From: Planctomycetota bacterium
Lineage (GTDB): Bacteria; Planctomycetota; UBA1135; UBA2386
Assembly: GCA_002684655.1 (NCBI GenBank)
Contig: NYVR01000076.1
Location: forward strand, 104-64,103
Length of the DNA: 64,000 bases
Direction: 5' to 3'
Shown one piece after another: positions 1 through 10,169 of the stretch (the first letter of the stretch is position 1; each line of letters starts with the position of its first letter). The notes below the pieces were generated by a model. That model saw nothing but the letters and a program-made list of their open reading frames with translations. It was not told the origin of the DNA and made no database searches. The position numbers were made by a program, and so were the translations under genes.

Positions 1-2
1 TC

Positions 3-1250
3 GTGCGCATGCCGCTTGAGGCGCGCGGCGCGCCGCGGCGTGATTACGTGCGGCCTGAGCACGGCGGCGCCGGCAAGAGCTGGCGCGTGATCGAGCCGCG
101 CTCGGTCGGCGACTGCACGGCCGTCGGCTATTACTTCGCGCAGCGGCTCCGGCGGCGTCTTGGGGTGCCGGTCGGCTTGGTCGACGTCTCTTGGGGCGGC
201 ACGCTCGCGCAGTTCTGGGTGTCCAAACCGAGGCTGCGCCAGATCGCGTCCGTCGCCCCGATGTTTGCGCAGTTCGAGGGGCAGCTTGCGAACTGGCTCG
301 AAGCCGGCGGCGAGCAGGGCGCGCAGCAGCGCTACGAGGCGGCCCTGGCAGCGTGGCAGCAGGCGCGCGCGGCGGCGGCAGAGGCCGGCGACAAGGCGCC
401 GAAGCAGCCGGGCCTTGGCCCCTATCAAGACCCTCGCACCAAGCGCCATCCGGGCGGCGGCTACGACGGCATGCTCGCGCCGCTGCGGGGTTTGACGGCG
501 CGCGGCGCGCTCTACTTCCAAGGAGAGAACAACTCGTTCGGTGACATGTATCTGCCCTTCCCCGACACCTACCCGGCGGTCGTCGCTGAGTGGCGTGAGC
601 TCTTCGGTCAGCCTGCGCTGCCGATCGGCCTGATCCAGATCGGCGGTTGGAGCACGCGTCGCTCCATGACCTATGACATGAACCACCACGCCAACGTGGT
701 GCGGGAGGTCCAGTTCGACACATGGCAGCGCACGCCCAATACGGGCCTCATCGTCACCTTTGACCTCAACTCGAACAGCAGCATCCACCCGGGTCACAAG
801 CGCCCGGTCGGTGAGCGTGCGGCTCGCTGGGCGCTCGCCGAGGTCTATCAGCAGCGTGGCCGTGACCAGCGACCGCTGCGTTGGCGTGGGCCGGTGTTCT
901 CGACGGCGGACGTCGACGGCGGGCAGGTCAAGGTCCGCTTCCAGGAAGGAACCGCCGACGGACTTCGGCTCGACAAGAACCAGGCGTCGGGCTTCTACGT
1001 CGCGGGCGAGGACCAGGTCTTCCACGTCGCCGAGGCGCGCGTCGTCGAGAAGACCGCGGTCGAGGTCTGGTGCGACGCGGTCGCGGCGCCGGTCGCGGTC
1101 CGCTACGCCTGGAGCAACCTGCCGCTCGGCAGCCTGATGAACGGGCGCGAGCTGCCTGCGTATCCTTTCCGCAGCGACGACTGGCCGCTGCGGCCGCACC
1201 GCTCGGACAGCAGCTACGTGCGCCGCGCGGCCGGTAAGGGCGGACGCTGA
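3..1250 (+). CDS. Sialate O-acetylesterase-like carbohydrate esterase (SASA/DUF303 type), 5'-truncated by the window edge
   Basis: The ORF is open to the window start. Family-like motifs VSWGGT, LYFQGENN and GLIQIGGW are present. The frame has a consistent high-GC3 coding signal. Confidence 0.55.
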   Translation: MRMPLEARGAPRRDYVRPEHGGAGKSWRVIEPRSVGDCTAVGYYFAQRLRRRLGVPVGLVDVSWGGTLAQFWVSKPRLRQIASVAPMFAQFEGQLANWLEAGGEQGAQQRYEAALAAWQQARAAAAEAGDKAPKQPGLGPYQDPRTKRHPGGGYDGMLAPLRGLTARGALYFQGENNSFGDMYLPFPDTYPAVVAEWRELFGQPALPIGLIQIGGWSTRRSMTYDMNHHANVVREVQFDTWQRTPNTGLIVTFDLNSNSSIHPGHKRPVGERAARWALAEVYQQRGRDQRPLRWRGPVFSTADVDGGQVKVRFQEGTADGLRLDKNQASGFYVAGEDQVFHVAEARVVEKTAVEVWCDAVAAPVAVRYAWSNLPLGSLMNGRELPAYPFRSDDWPLRPHRSDSSYVRRAAGKGGR

Positions 1251-1267
1251 GTCCGGCCGGTTCGTCC

Positions 1268-2539
1268 TCAGCGCGGCGGCGTGTCCCGATGAAGGTCGGC
1301 GAAGTCTAGGTAGTGCTCCCAGTCGGCGGGCGTCAGGTCGTGCTTGCCGGTGCGGACGTGGTAGCCGATTCGGCCGTGGGCCGGTTGGTCGAGCGCGGGC
1401 ATCTCCTCGGCGGGGAGGCCGTCGCCGCAGACGAGCCGGTAGACCGCGTCGGCGCCGCGCGCGGACAGGAACTCGCCAAGCGGGTCGGCCCAGCTGTCGA
1501 ACTGTGCGCTGGCCACGTAGACCGGCCGCGGGGCGCACAGCGCGAGCAGCAGGTGTTGGTCAACGGGCAGCGCGTCCTCGCGGCCGCCGTAGCTGCGGAA
1601 CCTCTTGCAGAACCAGTGCGGGAAGTTCTTGTTGATGACGGCGACGGTCTCGCCTTGCTTGCGTCGCGAGTAGGCCGCGCCGCCACATCCCGAGTTGTTC
1701 GAGATGATCATCCAAAAGCGTTGGTCCTGCGCGCCCGCCCAGAGCGCGGTTTTGCCGAGCCGCGAGTGGCCGAGGACCGCGGCGCGGGTCGCGTCGAAGT
1801 CCGCGTCTGCTTCGAGCGAGTCGAGGATCCTCGACAGCCCCCAGGCCCAGGCGCCGATCGCGCCCCAGGATTCGTCTCGTCGTTCGCCGTCGCCGTCGAA
1901 TGCGCCGTGGACGCCGTTGTCGAAGCCGTCGTCGAAGTCCGGGTCGAGGTCCCCGTAACAAGCGGTCACCAGCCCGTAGCCGCGACCGATGATCTGCTCG
2001 ACTGGCCAGCGTCCTGCGACGCCGCCTCGGCCCGCCTCGGTCGCGCGGTTGGCGTCGACGCCCAGCGCCTTGTTGTTGCGGACCCAGCAGGTCGCGACGC
2101 GGACGCCAGGGTCTGGGCTAACGGTGTGGTTCCCCTGGAAGTTCAGGGCGACGAACACGGGCGCGGGCCCCTGGCGTGTCTTCGGGAGGTAGGCGAGCAC
2201 CCGGACCGCGGCGTCACGGTCTGCGCCGTAGCGCAGGTCCCATTGCTTTCGCGTCGCGGCGCCGTCCAGCGCGTCCGCAGACGTGATGTGCTCGACGCGC
2301 GCGCGTTTGTCAGCCGGTGTGCGACCGTAGACTTCGGCGCGAAAGAGCTCGAGCACCTCAGGTCGACGCTGGTCGAACCATTGCGACGCGGACGTGACGG
2401 GCGCGCCGTCCTGCATCCGCAGCGGGTGCGGCTCGCAGGTCGGGGCCGCTTGGCCAGAGGTGGCGGCGCTGACGAGAAGCGTCAGGATCGTCGGGGTCGC
2501 GGTCTTCATAGGTGGGGCGCGAACGTATGCTCTACGCAC
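1268..2539 (-). CDS. CE15-type glucuronoyl esterase / acetylxylan-esterase-like alpha/beta hydrolase, secreted
   Basis: It has an N-terminal signal peptide (MKTATPTILTLLVSAATSGQA). The nucleophile-elbow motif LGHSRLGKTALWAGAQDQRF is typical of bacterial CE15. Confidence 0.6.
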   Translation of the reverse strand: MRRAYVRAPPMKTATPTILTLLVSAATSGQAAPTCEPHPLRMQDGAPVTSASQWFDQRRPEVLELFRAEVYGRTPADKRARVEHITSADALDGAATRKQWDLRYGADRDAAVRVLAYLPKTRQGPAPVFVALNFQGNHTVSPDPGVRVATCWVRNNKALGVDANRATEAGRGGVAGRWPVEQIIGRGYGLVTACYGDLDPDFDDGFDNGVHGAFDGDGERRDESWGAIGAWAWGLSRILDSLEADADFDATRAAVLGHSRLGKTALWAGAQDQRFWMIISNNSGCGGAAYSRRKQGETVAVINKNFPHWFCKRFRSYGGREDALPVDQHLLLALCAPRPVYVASAQFDSWADPLGEFLSARGADAVYRLVCGDGLPAEEMPALDQPAHGRIGYHVRTGKHDLTPADWEHYLDFADLHRDTPPR

Positions 2540-2726
2540 GAATGCGTATCCCGGCGGCCGCTGCGGACTTCACCGCGTGCAAGTGCGCCGATTATCGGGT
2601 CGTAACTACGCACAACAGCGCAGGAAGAAAAGGTGCAGGGTCTCTCTATGTAACGATCTTGAAACTGAACGACTGGTTTCGCGTTCCCTATCATCACCAA
2701 CGTCTCGTCGCCCGTCCTTGCCACCC

Positions 2727-3749
2727 ATGCCTGCTTCTTCCGGATCCCTGTATCTCTCCGTCTCGAGTCAACTGTTGGCCGGCTCCTCACCTGAGCAGGT
2801 CCTTCGTTCGCTCGCGCAGCAGCTCGAGCAGTCGCGCCCGCAGGCCTGCGTCAGCATCTGGATCTGGAAGGACGGCGCCCTGGGAGAGCGCCTCGTGCAC
2901 GGCGGCGCGGACGCTGCGGCCCTGTTCGTGGGGCTGCGGGCCTCTGGCTTGGACGACGTGGCCGGACCTGCAGCGATCGACGAAGCGCAGCCTGAGCGGG
3001 CGCTCTGTCTCGACGAGGTGGTCTCCGCGCCTTCCGCGCTGCTGGCCGGCGAGATCTCGAGGCTCGGCGTGCAGGCGGTCTACGCGGCGCCCATCTCGTT
3101 GAGCCAAGGCGCACGCGTCGGCGTCGTCTTGATCAGTGACGCGGGGTCGAAGCGGCCGGCAGCCGAAGCTAGCTGCGTCGCCGAGACCGGCGCGCGGCTG
3201 GCCAGCTTTGTGCTCCGCGCGGACGCGCCCGGGCGCGCGCTCAGCGGTGAGCGTCGCGAGGCCGAGTCGACGCGCAGCGAGCGGGTGCGCGCAGCGGATG
3301 AGCGGACGACGAAATCGGCGCAGATGAAGTCGGCGCAGATGAAGTTGGTGGCCGGGCGGTCCCAGCAGCTGCCCGCGCGCGTGCTCGTGGTGGAAGACGA
3401 CCCTGCTGTCGGCGACGTCATGCGTCGCTCGTTGACCGTCGAAGGATACGAGGTCGAGCTGGTGCCCGATCCGTTCCGTGGCTTGGAGCTGATCCGCTCC
3501 TCGCCCGCTGACTACGAGCTGCTGCTCGTGGACTACACGATGCCTGGGATCGATGGCTTGGAGCTGGCCGCGCGCGTCAGGTCCGGTGGCGTCGAAGTGC
3601 CGATCGTGATGATCAGCGGACTGGGTGAGGACCGCCTGCGCGCGGCGTCCGGCGCCGAAGCCGTAGACGCATTCGTCTCAAAACCGTTCACGCCGCAGGG
3701 GCTCCGCGATGCCATCGGCGATGCGCGCTGCCGTCGGTCGGCCTCGTAG
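2727..3749 (+). CDS. GAF-like domain plus receiver (REC) response regulator with no output domain
   Basis: The C-terminal REC has RVLVVEDDP...LLLVDYTMPGIDGLEL...ISGL...FVSKPF. The N-terminal ~170 aa look GAF-like. The start was trimmed to the ATG at 2727, because the upstream part of the tracked ORF overlaps the divergent esterase gene. Confidence 0.7.
   Translation: MPASSGSLYLSVSSQLLAGSSPEQVLRSLAQQLEQSRPQACVSIWIWKDGALGERLVHGGADAAALFVGLRASGLDDVAGPAAIDEAQPERALCLDEVVSAPSALLAGEISRLGVQAVYAAPISLSQGARVGVVLISDAGSKRPAAEASCVAETGARLASFVLRADAPGRALSGERREAESTRSERVRAADERTTKSAQMKSAQMKLVAGRSQQLPARVLVVEDDPAVGDVMRRSLTVEGYEVELVPDPFRGLELIRSSPADYELLLVDYTMPGIDGLELAARVRSGGVEVPIVMISGLGEDRLRAASGAEAVDAFVSKPFTPQGLRDAIGDARCRRSAS
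3315..3344 (+). repeat. Perfect 15-bp tandem duplication (tcggcgcagatgaag x2) inside the GAF-REC linker, encoding SAQMK-SAQMK
   Basis: Read directly from the sequence at 3315-3329 and 3330-3344. Confidence 0.9.
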
Positions 3750-3795
3750 GAGAGAAGAGACGCCACGCGCCGCTTCTTCGTGTCATGCTGTATTC

Positions 3796-4422
3796 GTGAA
3801 CGCCATCCGATACATCCGCGCGCTCGCGTGTTTGTCCGCTGTGCTGGTCGCGCTGTCGAGCGCGTCTTGCGGAAACAGCAGCGGTTCTGCGACCTTCGCT
3901 GGATTGAGCCCCGAGCTGCCGGCGCAGCTGCCGCTGGGTTCGGGCGGCGTAGCGATCGACATGTCCGGTATGTGGTCGATCGAGGACGCGGTGATTATCG
4001 AGTCCAACAGCGTCGCGCCGACGCCGCCTTTGAACGGGACGCTCTTTGAGATGGAGCCGACGCGGATCGCTGCCATCGGGGGGCTCAGCGTCGCGCCCTC
4101 AGATCTTGCGATCCTCGTCGGCGTGCCGTTAGTCAGCTACGTCAACGTGGTGGACTCGTCGACGGTGTTCTATGGGATCATCGTCGATCAACGCGCGAGC
4201 GGTGGTCTGCGCGTTGAGACGGCGTTGGCTGGCGGCTCGGTTGGGCCCGACACCATCTCGATAGAGGCCTATAACAGCACCCAAGCGCCGAACGAGGTCG
4301 TGCCTACGTTTACTCGCGCTCGCTATCGACTCGCTCGCGTCGCTGGGACGACGCCTCTGCTGCACAGACCAGAAGAGCTAGACTTCGTGGACTTCGTAAG
4401 TGTGGCGTTTGGCGACAACTGA
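3796..4422 (+). CDS. Hypothetical lipoprotein
   Basis: A lipobox-like signal (LACLSAVLVALSSASCG) follows a GTG at 3796. No recognisable family. The start is uncertain. Confidence 0.5.
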   Translation: MNAIRYIRALACLSAVLVALSSASCGNSSGSATFAGLSPELPAQLPLGSGGVAIDMSGMWSIEDAVIIESNSVAPTPPLNGTLFEMEPTRIAAIGGLSVAPSDLAILVGVPLVSYVNVVDSSTVFYGIIVDQRASGGLRVETALAGGSVGPDTISIEAYNSTQAPNEVVPTFTRARYRLARVAGTTPLLHRPEELDFVDFVSVAFGDN

Positions 4423-4550
4423 CCCTGCCTTCTCGATCTTCGGAGCAAGCCCGGCGGGAATTTTTTTGCGCGCATAATTTTTGTTGGCGAAGCATCCCGT
4501 TGGGTGAGCGTGAATCCACGCAGGCGCGGGCTACGATTCTCTGACGCGCA

Positions 4551-5519
4551 ATGGAAGTAATCACCCCCGTAGCCTGCTCTCTGGAGCAGGTAGAAGCTCT
4601 CCTGCAAAAGCCGCTGCTCGATCTCGTCTTTGAGGCGGCTGTGGTCCACCGTGAGCACCACGACCCCCGGCGTGTGCAGTGTTCGCAGCTGCTGTCGATC
4701 AAGACCGGCGGCTGCCCGGAGAACTGCGGCTACTGCTCTCAGAGCGCTCACCACAAGACCCCGGTCGATCGAGAGCCGCTGATGGACGTCGACCAGGTCC
4801 TCGCCGCGGCCAAGGCCGCATGCATGAACGGCGCAGAGCGCTTCTGTATGGGTGCAGCGTGGCGTTCGGTCCGCAAAGGCGAGCAGTTTGACCGCGTGCT
4901 GAAGATGATCCGCGGCGTCAAGGATCTCGGCATGGAGGCGTGCGTCACGTTGGGGATGCTCGACGAAGAGCAGGCGCATCAGCTGCGCGAGGCAGGGCTC
5001 GACTACTACAACCACAACCTCGACACGGGACGGTCGCACTACGACAAAGTGGTGACGACGCGTACCTACGATGACCGGCTCGAGACGATCGATAACGTGC
5101 GCAAGGCGGGGATCAACGTCTGCTGCGGCGGGATCCTGGGGCTCGGCGAGAAGCGCCGCGGCCGCGCCGAGCTCCTGCAGGAGCTCGCGAACCTAGACCC
5201 GCAACCAGAGTCCGTCCCGATTAACACGCTGGTTCAGGTCGAGGGCACGCCGATGGACGGGGCCGAGCAGCTCGACTGGACTGAGTTGGTGAGGACCGTC
5301 GCTGCCGCGCGGATCCTGATGCCGCTGACTGCTGTGCGGCTGTCGGCGGGCCGGACCGATCTTGACGAAGCCACGCAGGCGATGTGCTTCCTCGCTGGCG
5401 CGAACTCGATGTTCGTCGGCGACGAACTGCTCACGACTCCAAACCCGGCGCCTTCGACCGACGCGGCGCTGCTTCAAAAGCTCTCGATGAACGCGACGCC
5501 CAAGTGCGGGGGCGCGTAG
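4551..5519 (+). CDS. bioB: Biotin synthase (radical SAM)
   Basis: It carries the [11 protein letters not shown] radical-SAM CxxxCxxC motif. BioB-like sequence runs throughout ([24 protein letters not shown]). It is the first gene of the bio cluster. Confidence 0.9.
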   Translation: MEVITPVACSLEQVEALLQKPLLDLVFEAAVVHREHHDPRRVQCSQLLSIKTGGCPENCGYCSQSAHHKTPVDREPLMDVDQVLAAAKAACMNGAERFCMGAAWRSVRKGEQFDRVLKMIRGVKDLGMEACVTLGMLDEEQAHQLREAGLDYYNHNLDTGRSHYDKVVTTRTYDDRLETIDNVRKAGINVCCGGILGLGEKRRGRAELLQELANLDPQPESVPINTLVQVEGTPMDGAEQLDWTELVRTVAAARILMPLTAVRLSAGRTDLDEATQAMCFLAGANSMFVGDELLTTPNPAPSTDAALLQKLSMNATPKCGGA

Positions 5520-5531
5520 GGCGCTTGATCG

Positions 5532-7349
5532 GTGACTGACCCTCGGCTCGATCACGAGCTGGAGCGATCGCTAGAGGCGCGCGCGCGGCGCGGGCTTAGG
5601 CGTGAGACGAAGCTCGACGGAGTCGTCCCTGGCGTCGACTTCGGCAGCAACGATTACCTCGGGCTCTCTCGAGACGGCGCGATCGCGTCCGCGCTCACCG
5701 CAGCCGCTGCGCATGGCGTCGGCGGTCGGTCGGCCCGCTTACTCGCGGGTGGATCGATCCTCCACGAAGAGTCCGAGCGCGCCTTCGCGCAGTGGCTCGG
5801 GTCAGAAGCTGCGCTGCTGTTCCCGTCCGGTTACCAAGCGAACATCGGGCTCGTCGGAGCCCTGGCCGGGCGCGGCGACGTGATTCTGTCGGACCGTGAC
5901 AACCACGCCTCGTTGATCGACGGCGCGAGGCTGTCGCGCGCGCGCGTAATCATTCACGACCACTGCGACCTCGGCGACCTGGAGCGCGCCCTCAAGTCGG
6001 CCGCGGGCGCCCGTCGTAAGTTGGTGCTGACCGAGGGCGTCTTCAGCATGCGCGGAGACCTCGCCCCGCTCGCGGAGATCGACCGGCTCTGTCGTCGTTA
6101 TGACGCGTGGCTGGTCGTGGACGAGGCGCACGCTGCAGGTCTGCTCGGCCCAGGCGGCGCCGGCGCGTGGGCCGCTGCAGGCATCGAAGGTGAGCACCGG
6201 CTGTGCGCCCGGCTGGTGACGTGCGGGAAGTCGCTGGGTGTCGCCGGCGCGTTCGTCGCGGGCAGCGACGTCCTACGTCGGCACCTCATCCACGCGGCGC
6301 GGTCGTTCCTGTTCACGACGGCCCCGCCGCCGCCTATCGCCGGCGCGCTGCTGGCTGCGGTCGAGCGGTGCCAAGCCGCTGACGATTTGCGGGCCGCGGC
6401 GCTGGGTAACGCGCGCCTGCTCGCCTCGTCGCTGGGTCTCCCCGAGCCCGCCGCGGCGATCGTGCCGTTTCCGGTGGGCGACAGCAGCGAAGCTGTAAGG
6501 CTCGCGAGCACGCTGCGCGATGCAGGCTTCTACGCGCCGGCCGTGCGACCGCCGACAGTGCCCGTCGAGTCAGCGGGTCTGCGGCTCGTCTGTCGCGCGG
6601 ACCAGACTTCAGCGCAGGTCGAGCAGCTGTCGGCCTTGTTGCGCGAGGCGCGATCGTCCGCGGTCCCTGCGCCCGCTCGTGCTCCTGCACAAGCCGAGGT
6701 CATGTGCGTCGCAGGCACCGACACGGACGTCGGCAAGACCGTGGTCAGCGCGCTGCTGATGCGCGCGGCGCAGCGCCTCGGGCACGCTCGATACTGGAAG
6801 CCGATCCAGACTGGTGACGATGATGACACGGCGACGGTCCAGGCTCTCAGCGGCGCGCCGGCGGACTCGCTGCTCTCGAACCACGCGTGGTTTCCGCTGC
6901 CGGCATCGCCCCACGAGGCCGCTGCGGCCGTCGGGCAACGCGTCGACCTCGGCGCGTTGGAGCGCGATTACAAGCGCCACCGCGCCGCCGCCGCCGACCT
7001 TCTGGTGGTCGAGTTCGCTGGCGGCCTCCACGTGCCGATTGACCTCGACCCTGCAGTCCTGCAGCTCGACTGGCTCACGCGCATGGACGCAGAGGTCGTG
7101 CTGGTGGCGCGCTCTGGCCTGGGGACGCTCAACCACACCCTGCTGTCCGTCGAGTCGCTGCGCGCGCGCGGTCTCAGCGTTCGCGCGCTGTTCCTGGTCG
7201 GCCCTCCGCATGCGAGCAACTTCCGGACGTTGCAGGCGCTGACAGGGGTCGCGCGCTGTTACGAGGTGCCGACCTTCAAGGACCTCTCGCCTGCCGCCCT
7301 CGACGATTGGCTCGACCGATATGACCTCGCGGATCTCCTGCATGTCTGA
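5532..7349 (+). CDS. bioF-bioD: Fused 8-amino-7-oxononanoate synthase (BioF, aa 1-~385) and dethiobiotin synthetase (BioD, aa ~391-605)
   Basis: The BioF part has GSNDYLGL, DEAHA and the PLP-lysine context TCGKSLG. The BioD part has the P-loop GTDTDVGKT, plus KPIQTG and VVEFAGGL. It is one uninterrupted reading frame. Confidence 0.8.
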   Translation: MTDPRLDHELERSLEARARRGLRRETKLDGVVPGVDFGSNDYLGLSRDGAIASALTAAAAHGVGGRSARLLAGGSILHEESERAFAQWLGSEAALLFPSGYQANIGLVGALAGRGDVILSDRDNHASLIDGARLSRARVIIHDHCDLGDLERALKSAAGARRKLVLTEGVFSMRGDLAPLAEIDRLCRRYDAWLVVDEAHAAGLLGPGGAGAWAAAGIEGEHRLCARLVTCGKSLGVAGAFVAGSDVLRRHLIHAARSFLFTTAPPPPIAGALLAAVERCQAADDLRAAALGNARLLASSLGLPEPAAAIVPFPVGDSSEAVRLASTLRDAGFYAPAVRPPTVPVESAGLRLVCRADQTSAQVEQLSALLREARSSAVPAPARAPAQAEVMCVAGTDTDVGKTVVSALLMRAAQRLGHARYWKPIQTGDDDDTATVQALSGAPADSLLSNHAWFPLPASPHEAAAAVGQRVDLGALERDYKRHRAAAADLLVVEFAGGLHVPIDLDPAVLQLDWLTRMDAEVVLVARSGLGTLNHTLLSVESLRARGLSVRALFLVGPPHASNFRTLQALTGVARCYEVPTFKDLSPAALDDWLDRYDLADLLHV

Positions 7350-8607
7350 CCTACCCAAGCGCGACACGCGCGTAACGTGGCACCCGTACACGCAGCACGG
7401 CGTCGAGGCGTCGCCGCTCCCAGTCGTTGGCGCGCGCGGCGCGTGGCTGGAGCTCGCGGACGGGCGCAAGCTGCTCGACGCGATCTCGTCTTGGTGGGCG
7501 ACGCTGCACGGGCACTCCGAGCCGACGCTCGTCGAGGCCATGCACGAGCAGGCCGCGCGCCTCGATCACGTGCTCTTCGCGGGTGCGACGCATGAGCCCG
7601 CCGTGCAGCTCGCCGAGGGGCTGCTCGAAGTCGTCCCCAAAGGGCTGTCGCGGGTGTTCTACTCCGACGACGGTTCCACGGCTGTCGAGGCTGGGATGAA
7701 GATGGTGCTGCAGTCCTGGGTGCACCGTCGCGAACCTGAACGGCGCGTCTTCGTCGCGCTGGAGGGGGCGTATCACGGCGACACCTTCGGCGCGATGGCC
7801 GCTGGTGATCCGGACCCTTTCTTCACCGCCTTCGCGCCGCTGATGTTCGAGGTTCGCAGGGTGCCTGCCGACGCTGGCGCGCTCGCGGACGCGCTCGACG
7901 AACTCGGCGGCCGCGCGGCGGGCTTCCTGCTCGAGCCTTTGCTGCAAGGCGCGGCCGGAATGAAGGTCATGTCCGAGGACTTCGTCCGCGATGCGCGCGC
8001 CCTGTGTACGGATCACGGCGTGCCGATGATCGCTGACGAGGTTATGACTGGCTTTGGCCGCACCGGCGCGTTGTTCGCCTGTGGTCGCGCTGGCATCACC
8101 CCGGACGTGCTCTGCCTCGCCAAGGGCCTCAGCGGCGGCATGCTGCCGCTCGCAGCGACCGTCGCGACCGAGGAGTTGTTTGAGTGCTTCTTGCACCACG
8201 AACGCTCCAGGTTTTTCCCGCACGGTCACACCTTCACCGCGAACCCGGTCGCGTGCGCGGTGGGCGTAGCGTCTTTGGAGCTGACGCTGCAGCGGGACGT
8301 CCCCGCGCGGCTCGAGATGATCGGCGCGCGCATTTACGACGAGTTACGTCCGCTAGAGGCGGACCCTCGCGTCCGCGATGTCCGACACCTAGGAGGCATG
8401 GCAGCGCTGGACCTCGTCGTGCCCGACGGCGACGCCGGCTATCTCTCTAGCCGCGCCCCGGAGATCCGCCGCGCGGCGGTCGAGAAGGGCGTGCTGCTGC
8501 GTCCGCTCGGGGACGTGCTGTACGCCCTGCCGCCCGCGTGCACCTCAGACGACGAGGCCGGTCGAATCGGGCAGACGATGTGCGCGCTCGTTGACGAGCT
8601 CTGCTAA
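7342..8607 (+). CDS. bioA: Adenosylmethionine-8-amino-7-oxononanoate aminotransferase
   Basis: Class-III aminotransferase motifs are present (WHPYTQ, SSWWATLHGH, IADEVMTGFGRTG, LAKGLSGG). The ATG at 7342 overlaps the bioF-bioD stop. An alternative ATG lies at 7321. Confidence 0.85.
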   Translation: MSDLPKRDTRVTWHPYTQHGVEASPLPVVGARGAWLELADGRKLLDAISSWWATLHGHSEPTLVEAMHEQAARLDHVLFAGATHEPAVQLAEGLLEVVPKGLSRVFYSDDGSTAVEAGMKMVLQSWVHRREPERRVFVALEGAYHGDTFGAMAAGDPDPFFTAFAPLMFEVRRVPADAGALADALDELGGRAAGFLLEPLLQGAAGMKVMSEDFVRDARALCTDHGVPMIADEVMTGFGRTGALFACGRAGITPDVLCLAKGLSGGMLPLAATVATEELFECFLHHERSRFFPHGHTFTANPVACAVGVASLELTLQRDVPARLEMIGARIYDELRPLEADPRVRDVRHLGGMAALDLVVPDGDAGYLSSRAPEIRRAAVEKGVLLRPLGDVLYALPPACTSDDEAGRIGQTMCALVDELC

Positions 8608-8669
8608 CGAGGCGCTGCGGGCAGGCACACCGTGGAGGTGACGCTCGCTGCAGGTCATGATGGGTCACG

Positions 8670-10169
8670 GTGAGCATGCGCCTAACGGACCTCTTCCTCG
8701 ATGCTGTGACGCGGCACTTTGAGCGCGTCGCGGTCGAGGTGCCGCCGGGTGAGGGGCGTCCAGAGCTGCAGCAGGTCTCTTACGGCGAGTTGGCGAGCAT
8801 GGCAGATCGCGTCCGCAGCGAGTGCGCTGCCTACGTGACGTCTGAGGTGCTGGTCGTGGTGATGTTGCCACGCGAGACAGCCTGGCTGTATGCCGCGCAG
8901 ATCGGCGTGATGTGGGCGGGCGCAGGCTATGTCTGCCTTGACGAGAGCTTCCCTGACGCGCACATCCTGCACGTTGTAGAGGACGCGTCAGCGGTCTGCG
9001 TCGTGACGGACCGGTCTCGTCGCTGTCGATTCGAAGGTGTCAATGTACCGATCGTCACGGTCGGCGACGACGGCCCACTCCCGTCCACGAGACCCGGTTC
9101 GTATACGCCTCCTCCTGAGTGGTGCACAGAGCGGAGCCTCGCCTACGCCATTTACACGTCGGGGACGACGGGGAAGCCCAAGGCCGTGTTGGTCGAGCAC
9201 CGCGGCGTTGTCAACCTGATCACGTCCGGCGTCGCGCGCTTCTCGGTCGGTGTCGAGGACCGGATGTCGCAGAACAGCTCGCCTGCATACGACTCGTCTC
9301 TGGAGGAGATCTGGTTAGCGCTGGCTGCGGGGGCGACCTTGGTGGTGATGGATGACGCCACGGTCCGCTCTGGACCAGACCTAGTCGCGTGGTTGCGTCG
9401 TGAGCGAGTGACGATCCTCTGCCCTCCGCCGACGCTGTTGCGAACCATGGGGTGCACATCACCCGCCGACGCCTTGCCAGAGCTCAGGATGTGCTACGTC
9501 GGCGGGGAAGCGCTGTCCGACGACCTCGCCGAGGTCTGGGGTGGTGCGCTCAGACTAGAGAACGGCTACGGACCGACGGAGTGCACGGTGACGGTCGTAC
9601 GCGGGCAGGTGCACCCAAATGAACCGGTGACCATTGGATCGCCGGTGCCTCCTCACGTCGCGCACGTCCTCGACGAGTCCTTGCAGCCCGTCGCGCCCGG
9701 TGAGGCGGGTGAGTTGTGCATCGCTGGGCCGGGTTTGGCGCGCGGATATCTCGGCAAACCTGACCTGACCGCGGAGCGCTTCCCCACCTTGCCAGGAATG
9801 GGGCGCGTGTATCGAACGGGCGACCTCGTCTCGGTCGATGCGCGTGGTCTGCTGCACTACCACGGCCGTATCGATGCGCAGGTGAAGGTGCGTGGCTACC
9901 GGATCGAGCTAGAGGCGATCGAGTCGGTGCTCGCGCGTTGTCCTGCGGTGCGCGAGGTCGCGGTCGTCGCGCAGGGTGAAGAGCCGGCCCGGTTCTTAGT
10001 CGCGCACGTAGCGCTGATCGACCCGTCGGCTCCACCGGATATCGCGGCGCTGCAGTCAGCCGTCGCGCATGAGCTGCCCAAGTACATGGTGCCGGCGCGG
10101 TTCGCGTGGATCGATCACTTGCCGCGCGCGGTCAGCGGCAAGGTGGCCCGTAAAATGCTCCCGGCCGTC
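8670..10169 (+). other. Adenylation domain of the Pls-type synthetase (aa 1-~500)
   Basis: Core motifs A3-A10 were read in order. The hand-derived specificity residues are D208 S209 E212 T255 Y276 G278 G299 V307 T308 K491. Confidence 0.75.

Noticed and set aside
2394-2726. N-terminal extensions of tracked ORFs. This one is an example; others are 20012-20089, 22556-22777, 23966-24055, 33665-33796, 49098-49184, 51457-51828, 58992-59054 and 51733-52173(-).
   Set aside because: In each case a signal peptide, lipobox or domain start follows an internal start codon. The extension is also low-complexity or overlaps a neighbouring gene.
4455-4550. A possible biotin-operon operator or promoter in the AT-rich stretch gaatttttttgcgcgcataatttttgttgg, which includes a CATAAT -10-like hexamer at 4473-4478.
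   Set aside because: I found no convincing inverted repeat resembling BirA, BioR or BioQ operators and no good -35 element. The evidence is too weak to annotate.
8670-10169. The idea that the adenylation domain downstream of bioA supplies the missing pimelate-activation step of biotin synthesis, as a BioW substitute.
   Set aside because: The pocket keeps the Asp (D208) that binds an alpha-amino group. The protein also has the full Pls-type polymerase architecture. An amino-acid substrate is therefore much more likely than pimelate.
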